Assembly (NCBI GenBank): GCA_028285365.1
Contig: JANQPS010000158.1
Span: 1-43,315 of the forward strand
Origin: Thermoanaerobaculia bacterium
GTDB lineage: Bacteria > Acidobacteriota > Thermoanaerobaculia > Multivoradales > Multivoraceae
Length of the DNA: 43,315 bases
Direction of reading: 5' to 3'
The position numbers and the translations under genes were made by a program. This document shows, in pieces, positions 1-7,373 of the stretch. Under the pieces are notes generated by a model that ran no database searches, was not told the DNA's origin, and saw only the letters and a list, made by a program, of their open reading frames with translations. How positions within the stretch are numbered: position 1 is the first letter of the stretch; the number at the start of each line of letters is the position of its first letter.

Positions 1-367
1 CTCCGGTGACGGTGGCGCCCGAGTAGCGTGCGATTTCGATCATCGGGCCGCCAACTCCGCAGCCGACATCGAGAACACGCCACCCCGGCGCCAGCCCGAG
101 ATCGTTTGCCAGATCTTGCTCGTGACGCCTCAGCGACTGTTTGACCGTCTCGTCTGCCCTTCGTGGTGCGAAGTGAAACGACGGTCCCCAGCCAAACTCG
201 TAGAAGTCGGTCACGAGATCGTAGTAGTCGGTGACCATGGAGGCGTAGTTGGACTTGCGGGCCTCCACGGTTCCGTCTGAGCTCTCGTCGTGGAGCGCCT
301 CGTAGCGCCTGCGCTGCTCTTCGACGCTTGCTGGAGCTGATGGCGATGCCGCTTTGTGCCCGGTCAC
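1..367 (-). CDS. Sterol 24-C-methyltransferase (SMT/ERG6-like), N-terminal 122 aa, runs off the window edge
   Basis: Not in the ORF track; translated by hand from GTG at 367, with a GAGGAA RBS overlapping the upstream stop. Reads ...ARKSNYASMVTDYYDLVTDFYEFGWGPSFHFAPR...RHE...RVLDVGCGVGGPMIEIARYSGATVTG. Contains SMT region I (YE[YFW]GWGxSFHF) and the SAM motif LDVGCGVGGP. Confidence 0.92.
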   Translation of the reverse strand, partial: MTGHKAASPSAPASVEEQRRRYEALHDESSDGTVEARKSNYASMVTDYYDLVTDFYEFGWGPSFHFAPRRADETVKQSLRRHEQDLANDLGLAPGWRVLDVGCGVGGPMIEIARYSGATVTG

Positions 368-374
368 GTGTTCC

Positions 375-1481
375 TCAGTCGAGTCGATTCGATCGACTCG
401 AGTCCCGGCTCGCGGTTGCAGTCGCAAGCCTTCGTCCTTTCTCGACGGTGGTTGGCGTGAGATCCTCGGGCAGGAACTGCCGGTACCAGTCGCGCATACG
501 GCGGACGGGGCCATCGCCTGGGACGAGCTTGGGTGGATCGCGATAGATCTTCTTCTCCCAGATGCCGATGTCCTCTGCGAACTGCGACATCCAAGACCCG
601 ACAACGTACCAGACCACCAGCCGGGGTACGGAACGAGACGCAAACCACCTGAAACGAACGCTCTGTTCGAGTGGTGAGAGTGGCGTCAATGTCTGAAACA
701 TCAGGATCTGACCCAGCTTCGGAAGCTCGAAGCGGAAGGTTGCAACTCCTCCCGGCCCCAGGAACTCGATGGTCGCCTCCGCTGCACTCCAGGATCGCTC
801 CTTGCCGAAGACCTCCAGGACCGCGCTGTCTCTGAAGGTCGCCTTCCAGGGATCTGGGTCACCAGGAGACCAGCGCACCCGGTGTCGTATCTTCACCTTG
901 GGCACCGACCACTGTGTCCAGGGCAGCTTCATGCGCGAGTGCAACACGTCGAAATGCTGGAAGTCGACGCTGTTCTCGGCAAATTCGATGAGATGCATGG
1001 CGACCGTCCCAAGGTCCTTCCAACCTCTAGGAACCAGAGCGCCGCTGTCGAGCTCTTCGTAGTCGCCGAGCTCGTGTGGCTCGTCGGTTCGTCCTTCGGC
1101 ATTGTGAAAGACGAGCACCATGCCGTGCAGCTCGCGAACATGGATGCAGTCGGCTCTCACCGCGCGCGAGACCGGGCCTCGAGGGGTTGAGGTGACGGAG
1201 CCGTCCCTCCCGAATCGCCAATGATGAAAAGGACAAACGAGTGTGTCGTCTTCGACGGTGCCGTCACCGAGGTGGGCACCGAGGTGTGGGCAGTAGGCGT
1301 CTAGAGCGGTAACGGAGGGATTCGTCTTTCCCCGAAAGAGCACCATCTCCCGACCGAGGCAGGCAACGGTTCGAAGCTGGCCGGGCCGCAGCTCGTGGGA
1401 GTCGAGGACCCGATACCAACCGGTTGGATACGCGTGCGGATAGGTCGCGAGTCGTCGCTTGATGGCGTCGTCGTGGTGCAT
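375..1481 (-). CDS. Rieske [2Fe-2S] non-heme iron oxygenase, Neverland/DAF-36 (sterol 7-desaturase)/KshA-like
   Basis: YPTGW N-terminus, CPH-x16-CPFH Rieske motif, ENSVDFQHFDVLH mononuclear iron motif, C-terminal EDIGIWEKKIY..P.L..GDGP...R.WY.QF. Stops 7 bp upstream of the SMT start. Confidence 0.9.
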   Translation of the reverse strand: MHHDDAIKRRLATYPHAYPTGWYRVLDSHELRPGQLRTVACLGREMVLFRGKTNPSVTALDAYCPHLGAHLGDGTVEDDTLVCPFHHWRFGRDGSVTSTPRGPVSRAVRADCIHVRELHGMVLVFHNAEGRTDEPHELGDYEELDSGALVPRGWKDLGTVAMHLIEFAENSVDFQHFDVLHSRMKLPWTQWSVPKVKIRHRVRWSPGDPDPWKATFRDSAVLEVFGKERSWSAAEATIEFLGPGGVATFRFELPKLGQILMFQTLTPLSPLEQSVRFRWFASRSVPRLVVWYVVGSWMSQFAEDIGIWEKKIYRDPPKLVPGDGPVRRMRDWYRQFLPEDLTPTTVEKGRRLATATASRDSSRSNRLD

Positions 1482-1580
1482 TCCGCGTCTGACTTGGCAG
1501 ATCCGTGAAGAGGCGTCATCGCTAAACTACACTGCCCGTCTATCCCAGTTGTCTCGATAGACCCACATGGGTGGTCGACC

Positions 1581-1622
1581 GTGTCGACTTCGTGGCGTCG
1601 ACTTCGTGGTGTCGACGACGTG
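1581..1622. repeat. 3x 14-bp tandem repeat G(T/C)GTCGACTTCGTG in the divergent intergenic region
   Basis: gtgtcgacttcgtg (1581-1594), gcgtcgacttcgtg (1595-1608), gtgtcgacgacgtg (1609-1622), with extra GTCGAC at 1574 and GTCAAC at 1622. Confidence 0.8.
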
Positions 1623-1674
1623 TCAACGCGGCCGCCGACTTGTGACCCGCTTGGACCCTGGCTCTGCCCCGACT

Positions 1675-2694
1675 ATGGCGCGTTTTCCTTTCCCATCGCT
1701 GCCTTCAGGCTGGTTTGTGGTCGAGCTCGCGCACAAGATCCGCCGCGGCTCGGTGCATCGATTTCGATACTTCGACCGCGAGCTCGTGCTCTACCGGACG
1801 AAGAGTGGTCAGGCTCGGGTCGTCGACGCGTTTTGTCCACACCTCGGTGCTCATCTCGGGCACGGGGGCCGAGTCGACGGTGAAGACATCGTGTGTCCGT
1901 TTCATGGCTTTCGTTTCGATGTTGAAGGCGCGTGTAGTCGAACCCCATACGGTTCCGCTCCGGCGAAGCGCGTGCGCCTCGGTCAACTACCCTGTCGGGA
2001 GCGCTGTGGAGTCGTGCTCGTGTGGTTCGACCCTCTGGGCAGACCGCCGAAGTGGGAGGTTCCCGAGCTCGACCTGGGGAGCTGGAGCCGCATCGTGAGC
2101 CATCGGTATCGCGTTGCCACGCACCCACAGGAGACCACCGAGAACAGCGTCGACTTCGGCCACTTCACAGAGCTGCACAGCTTCTCGAGTGCGTCGATGA
2201 GCTCACCACTCGAGACTGATGGACCTCAGTTGCGCACGAGCTACCGCGTGACCAAGCCGCTGCTTCCTCTCCGTGTCCTGGGTCGCTTGGCTGTCAGAGT
2301 CGATTTTGATGTCCACGTTTGGGGTCTAGGGTACTCGCTCGTCGAAGTTTCGGTGCCACGTTTCGGAGTCCAGTTGCGAGAGCTCGTGCTTCCGACACCG
2401 ATCAGCGATGACCTTCTCGACCTACGCGTGGCTTCGATGATCAGGCGTCTGCCCGGTGCGCCGCTGAGCGGACTCGTCGCCTACCCGCTCTTGCTACTCA
2501 CGTTTCGGGCTCTGCGGGCTGAAGTCGAGCGCGACATCCCCATATGGGAGCACAAGAAGTACTGCGAGAAGCCTGGTTTGGCGCCGGGAGATGGCCCGGT
2601 CGGGCTCTATCGTCGGTGGGCGCGTCAGTTTTACGTCTGGAGTGATGAAGACTCGATCCCGATGGTGGTCGATCGAGGAACTGGGAGCTCCTAG
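1675..2694 (+). CDS. Second Rieske [2Fe-2S] oxygenase, Neverland/KshA-like
   Basis: CPH-x17-CPFH, ENSVDFGHFTELH, RDIPIWEHKKY..P.L..GDGP...YRRWARQFY. Start moved from 1567 to ATG 1675 (MARFPFPSLPSGWF), where family similarity begins. Confidence 0.9.
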   Translation: MARFPFPSLPSGWFVVELAHKIRRGSVHRFRYFDRELVLYRTKSGQARVVDAFCPHLGAHLGHGGRVDGEDIVCPFHGFRFDVEGACSRTPYGSAPAKRVRLGQLPCRERCGVVLVWFDPLGRPPKWEVPELDLGSWSRIVSHRYRVATHPQETTENSVDFGHFTELHSFSSASMSSPLETDGPQLRTSYRVTKPLLPLRVLGRLAVRVDFDVHVWGLGYSLVEVSVPRFGVQLRELVLPTPISDDLLDLRVASMIRRLPGAPLSGLVAYPLLLLTFRALRAEVERDIPIWEHKKYCEKPGLAPGDGPVGLYRRWARQFYVWSDEDSIPMVVDRGTGSS

Positions 2695-2696
2695 AG

Positions 2697-3503
2697 ATGT
2701 CGATTCAACTGACCAGGCTGAACGCCGATACGAGCTGGATCCTCGAGGTGGACGGGACGAGATTGCTGCTGGATCCCTGGCTCGAGGGACCAGCGATCGT
2801 GGGACTGCCGTGGATTCACACGGCTGACCTGGCGCAGGCGGCGGTGCCGATCGCAGAGGTGCCGTCGGTCGACGCGCTCGTGATTTCGCACCCGTTCCCC
2901 GATCACTGCAACGCTCCGACGTTGCGCAAGCTGCGCGGGGACTTTCCGGCCTACGCGCCGGCCGTAGCGAGGCGACGAGTCAAGCGGTTGGGTGGCTTCG
3001 ACGACGTGACGGTGCTCGGCAACTGCACGGGACGCGGTCAGGCGGTTCGGGTCGGCAACGTGTCGATCGCCTACTGTCGCGCCGGACACTGGTTCGATCC
3101 GACCCACAACGTTCTGGTCATTCGCGGGCTCGACTCCGGCTCCACGCTCGCGTATTGCCCTCATGGGGTGGAAGTCTCGGACAGGACGCGCGACGCGATG
3201 GAGGCCCAGATCGGAGATCGGCTCGATCTGCTGATGTGCAGCTTTACGCTTCTGGATCTGCCGATCTATCTGGGCGGCGTCGCAAATCTCGGTCAGCAGG
3301 CGGCGGTCGGCCTGGCGCAATACTTTTCGCCGGACTGGGTTCTGCCGACTCACGACGGTGACAAGCCCGACAGTGGCTTCATCTCCTGGGTGTCGAAGCT
3401 GGAGCGCTGCGTCGAGCCTGGAGAGCTCCTGTCTCAGCATGGAATCAGCTCGGCCATTCCGTCGATCGAAATTGGCAGGACCTGGTCGTCGGCCGACGCC
3501 TAG
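2697..3503 (+). CDS. MBL-fold metallo-hydrolase
   Basis: LNADTSW, LLDPWL, degenerate metal motif ISHPFPDH, YCPHG and PTHD. Starts 2 bp after the Rieske stop. Confidence 0.8.
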   Translation: MSIQLTRLNADTSWILEVDGTRLLLDPWLEGPAIVGLPWIHTADLAQAAVPIAEVPSVDALVISHPFPDHCNAPTLRKLRGDFPAYAPAVARRRVKRLGGFDDVTVLGNCTGRGQAVRVGNVSIAYCRAGHWFDPTHNVLVIRGLDSGSTLAYCPHGVEVSDRTRDAMEAQIGDRLDLLMCSFTLLDLPIYLGGVANLGQQAAVGLAQYFSPDWVLPTHDGDKPDSGFISWVSKLERCVEPGELLSQHGISSAIPSIEIGRTWSSADA

Positions 3504-3507
3504 TCGT

Positions 3508-5682
3508 CTAGTCAGAACCTTCCAGCAGTTCGATCATCCGCGCGGCGGCGGTCTCACCGAGTCCCTCGCGAAGCTCCCGTGAGCCGCTCGTGAGCCGGTC
3601 GAAGCCACTCCGTTCGATCTTGATGACGCGAGTGGGGAGCGCTCCGCAAGCCCGGACTGTTGCCGTTCGCTCACGATTCTCCAGCAGGCCGATCTCCCCG
3701 AAGTAGTCGACGGCTTCGAGGCGCGCCAGGGGGACTTCGTTGCCGCTCGGATGTCGATTGGAGACCTCTACTTGACCACCGACCAGGAGATAGAAGGTGT
3801 CGGCGACATCTCCTTGGCGAATGATGGCCTCGCCGGCGCTGTACTCCTCGAGCTCCCACGAAACGTCGAGATCTTCGAGTGAGTTCGCGTTCAGGTCTGG
3901 CAGCATGGCGGCAAGGGTGCGAGTCAGAGAACGACGTCTCATGGTCGCTGCCAGTTCGCTGGTCGTCAGGTCGCAGTCGACGGCGAGCGTGTTGAAGGCG
4001 TTGCGGCCCAGGCGGAGTACTCTGAGGGATTCGCTGCTGGTGACCCGAACCGTCGCCGTGCGTGGGACACGCTGCAAGAGCCCGATCTCGCCGAAAGAGT
4101 CTCCGGGGCCGAGTCGAGCGAGTTGTTGCACCCGGCCGTCTCTATCCGCCAGAACGTTCACGTGCCCTCCACGGATGACGTAGAAGCTGTCGGCTTCGTC
4201 ACCCTGTCGGAAGACCTCGGTGTCGGGGGCAAAAGAGACCTCGGTCAGTTCCTGCTGAAGTCGGTCGCGAGCCTCAGGCTCGAGTCCTGCCAATGCGGTG
4301 TCGACTGCTGAGGTCGCCGGCCTTGGCGCCGTGATGGGCGACGGTTCTGTCTCTCGCGTGTGCAGCGAGACTTTGAACCGGGCCTCTGGAATGGGACGCG
4401 GAAAGCCTCGCACCACCAGTTTGCGTTGCGGGTCGGCGAGCCGGATGTCGCTTCCTCGGAGAAGACCCGCCATGGTGATCTTGGCGAGTGCAAGAGAGAG
4501 GCCGCGCGACATGCACGAATGACGTCCCAGGCCGAAGGGTGCGTAGGCGTGCGGTTGGAGATGCTCGTTGCGGCCTGCCATGCAGCGTTCGGGGTCGAAG
4601 CGGTCGGGGTTGGGATAGAGATCGGACATGAAGTGCGTGGCGGGACCCGCGATGTAGATCATCTGGCCTGCTTCGAAGTCGTACCCCTGAAACTCGAAGT
4701 CGTGGGCTATCACCCTCGGCAGGGCGATGGCCATCGGATAGCGACGGAGGGTTTCCAGCAACGTGGCACTCAGCAGTTCCATGCGTTTGAGGTCCATGAT
4801 GCTGGGCTCGCGGTCCGGCAGGTAGGCGTCGACCTCTTGTCGGAGACGGTCCGAGAGATCCTGGTCGCGGAGGACTTCGTAGAGGGTGAAGCTCACGTGG
4901 CGATAGAGATAGATGCCGGCGTTCTTGAGGGGCAACATGGCGAGCGCCAAGAGCGCCTTCTGGTCGAATCGATCAGGTTGGCTGCGCTCTAGCATGACCA
5001 GTGCATCGAGAACGTCTGGCGGCCTCGAGCCATCGGGCTGGGATTGCCTTCTCTCCTCGAGCACGTTCTCGAGAAACCCCGCGAAGCGGTTGCGAGCGCG
5101 CCTGACCGGCGGCAGATAGAGCGTCTTCTCAGGCAGGGCGTGGCCTACGGCGACGATTCCCATCATCGTGCCGTAGAGGCTCACGTCGGAAGCAAGGCGG
5201 CCGATGGTCTGGTTGGTCGTGCACGTCGATACGAGGTCGAAGACCAACTCCCGTAGAGCGGCCTCGACGTGCAGGTGTTGTCCCTCTCGCCAGTTGGCGA
5301 TCTGCAGCTCGATCCGCTCGAACAGCCTCGGGACAAAAGGCTCGATGGCGGATACCGAGAGTGCTGGCCCCAGCAGTCTCCGCAACTCGAGATGGCGGTC
5401 GCCGTCGTGACAGTTGGGAGCTGCGTCGCTCTCCATCTCGCGCACCATGCGCTGGTAGGTCCGTGAGTTGCTGAAGACTTCGTGGCCGCAACGCGAGAAG
5501 AACTGGTTGGCCTCGAGTCCAGCGAGGGTCAACATCTCCTGCCCTGGATAGCGGATGCGAAAGACCGGCCCGAGGCGGGCGTGTGCCTTGGCGAAAAAAC
5601 GGCAAGGGTCCCCGGTGGCCTGAAAGGAGTTGCCGAGAAGCGGCAGGCCGGGGTGGATCGGTGCGTCTTTTGAGTGCGGCAT
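3508..5682 (-). CDS. Cytochrome P450 fused to two C-terminal cyclic-nucleotide-binding domains
   Basis: P450 part: PGLPLLG, ETLR (ExxR), PDRFDPER, FGLGRHSC heme motif (Cys at 4513-4515). Then two copies of [VI][FI]RQGD.AD.FY....G.V.V and FGEIGLL....RTATV (phosphate-binding cassettes). Confidence 0.9.
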   Translation of the reverse strand: MPHSKDAPIHPGLPLLGNSFQATGDPCRFFAKAHARLGPVFRIRYPGQEMLTLAGLEANQFFSRCGHEVFSNSRTYQRMVREMESDAAPNCHDGDRHLELRRLLGPALSVSAIEPFVPRLFERIELQIANWREGQHLHVEAALRELVFDLVSTCTTNQTIGRLASDVSLYGTMMGIVAVGHALPEKTLYLPPVRRARNRFAGFLENVLEERRQSQPDGSRPPDVLDALVMLERSQPDRFDQKALLALAMLPLKNAGIYLYRHVSFTLYEVLRDQDLSDRLRQEVDAYLPDREPSIMDLKRMELLSATLLETLRRYPMAIALPRVIAHDFEFQGYDFEAGQMIYIAGPATHFMSDLYPNPDRFDPERCMAGRNEHLQPHAYAPFGLGRHSCMSRGLSLALAKITMAGLLRGSDIRLADPQRKLVVRGFPRPIPEARFKVSLHTRETEPSPITAPRPATSAVDTALAGLEPEARDRLQQELTEVSFAPDTEVFRQGDEADSFYVIRGGHVNVLADRDGRVQQLARLGPGDSFGEIGLLQRVPRTATVRVTSSESLRVLRLGRNAFNTLAVDCDLTTSELAATMRRRSLTRTLAAMLPDLNANSLEDLDVSWELEEYSAGEAIIRQGDVADTFYLLVGGQVEVSNRHPSGNEVPLARLEAVDYFGEIGLLENRERTATVRACGALPTRVIKIERSGFDRLTSGSRELREGLGETAAARMIELLEGSD

Positions 5683-5828
5683 GACGATCTGCTGCGACGA
5701 AACTACAGCGTCGCGAACGAAGGTGGCTGGACCTCAACTCAGACGCAGTCGGAGTCGATCACCCGACGTGCTGAGGTTGGCACCCACCGGGAGCCACAAA
5801 CCGGAGTCAGGCTGGCGCGGTCTTGCCG

Positions 5829-7316
5829 CTACTCAGACGGCGGTGCTTCGTAGGCTCCGACGTCGGGTGTGGAGTCTCGAGGTCGCCCTTCGATGTCGTG
5901 AGTGGCCGCGCCCACGGGATTGCCGTCGTCGATAGCCGGTGAATCTGGTGCCAGACGCAGGTCCTCGCCGAGCCAATTGACGAAGTAGTCGTCCAAATCG
6001 TCCGCGACGATCTCGTGATTGTGGTCGCCACCCGCCAGATTGCGACTCGTGAGATTGTTGCGCACGGTGTTGCCGGTACCCTCGATGGTGATCCAGGTGC
6101 GGGTCGGCCAGCCAGAGCTCCCGGGCGGTAGACCAGGGAAGTTGGATCCGCCGATGACGGTGTTGTTGACGATCTCCGAGTTGTTGGTGTCGTACCAGGT
6201 GATGCCGTGCCAATGATCACCCTTGCAGACGTTGTTGGTGATCTTGATGCGCTCCTTGGGGCCGTCTTCGAAGCCGCTCAAGCACTGCGTTGGTGACCAC
6301 GTTTCGGCGGGTTGTCCCGGCCCGTAGCGATTCATGAACACGTTGCCCGTGACCTCGATGTCCGAGGAGGTGTCGAGACCGGCTCCCATGTGACTCTGAA
6401 AGAAGTCGTCGTGGTGCCCGTCACCGAGTGACACGGCGTCGTAGATGCGATTGCCGACGAAGCGGTTGTGGTGGCCACCGGTGGCGATGCCGTCGCGCGA
6501 GAAGTACTCGACCTCGTTGTTGATGACGTCGGTGTTGTTGGCGCCGACCACGAAGCCCATGGCGACTCGCTCCAGGTGGTTGCACCTGACCACGACCGGA
6601 CCGGTGACACTGTAGATCCGCATCGCGTCGGTTGCCTTCTCGAGCCAATCGTCGACGGTGAGGAGCGCTCCGGAAGTGAAGTGGTTGCCATCGAGCTCGA
6701 TGTTCAGCGCCGGGCCATGGGTGCCATGGTCGTCGATGCGAATCATGGTGCCGCCGCCGTCGTTCGTGAAACTGAGCCCTTCGAGTCGCCAGTAGCCGCT
6801 GCCTCTGAAGTGCACGGAGCGAATGTTGGCTACTCGTGGCTGACTGGAGCGAATGGTCACCCAACTCGAGTTGTAGCAGCCCGTGATCTGCAGGTCCTGA
6901 TCGTGTCCGAGCTCACCCTCTAGAACGATGACGTCGCCGCCCTGGACGGGGGCTCCGGGGTTCCGAGGCGTCCCGAATCGATCGGTGCATGCGACTTCGT
7001 TGTCGATGACGTGCTGCAGAGAGGCCCAAGGGTTCGCGGGAGTTCCGTCACCGGTGACGTCGTCGCCCTCGTTCGGATCGACGTGGTGCTGCACCTCGCC
7101 GTCGTCGACCGGGTCGAGCAGGCAAGGACCCACCCCCGTGCTACCGCCTTCGAACAGATCCCAGGCCCAGAGATCTCCGCTTTCGACGCCATCGTCGAAG
7201 ACGAGGTTGGCCTGACCTGAAGCGAGCGCAGTCGACAGAGTGGCGACGAGCGCCGCCGCGACGACCAGGCGACGAGCGGTCAGGGCCCCGCAGGTAGCCG
7301 TCTCGTATAGCCACAT
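5829..7316 (-). CDS. Secreted right-handed parallel beta-helix protein (pectate lyase-like fold) with choice-of-anchor-Q-like C-terminus
   Basis: Signal peptide, GDD..GDGT.ANPW, Asn-rich beta-helix repeats, HHDDFFQ, DLRL..DSPAIDDG...D..G.PR...PDVGAYE. Confidence 0.75.
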   Translation of the reverse strand: MWLYETATCGALTARRLVVAAALVATLSTALASGQANLVFDDGVESGDLWAWDLFEGGSTGVGPCLLDPVDDGEVQHHVDPNEGDDVTGDGTPANPWASLQHVIDNEVACTDRFGTPRNPGAPVQGGDVIVLEGELGHDQDLQITGCYNSSWVTIRSSQPRVANIRSVHFRGSGYWRLEGLSFTNDGGGTMIRIDDHGTHGPALNIELDGNHFTSGALLTVDDWLEKATDAMRIYSVTGPVVVRCNHLERVAMGFVVGANNTDVINNEVEYFSRDGIATGGHHNRFVGNRIYDAVSLGDGHHDDFFQSHMGAGLDTSSDIEVTGNVFMNRYGPGQPAETWSPTQCLSGFEDGPKERIKITNNVCKGDHWHGITWYDTNNSEIVNNTVIGGSNFPGLPPGSSGWPTRTWITIEGTGNTVRNNLTSRNLAGGDHNHEIVADDLDDYFVNWLGEDLRLAPDSPAIDDGNPVGAATHDIEGRPRDSTPDVGAYEAPPSE

Positions 7317-7373
7317 GGCTACGAGTCTACTGGACCGGGCTCTTTGAAGCTCCGCTACGAGAGCTGGGGTGGT

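Noticed and set aside
1574-1627. Repeat array as a mini-CRISPR
   Set aside because: Units are 14 bp and contiguous, with no unique spacers and no cas genes.
1567-1674. 36-aa N-terminal extension of Rieske2 in the ORF track
   Set aside because: It runs through the tandem repeat and has no family similarity. ATG 1675 matches the family N-terminus.
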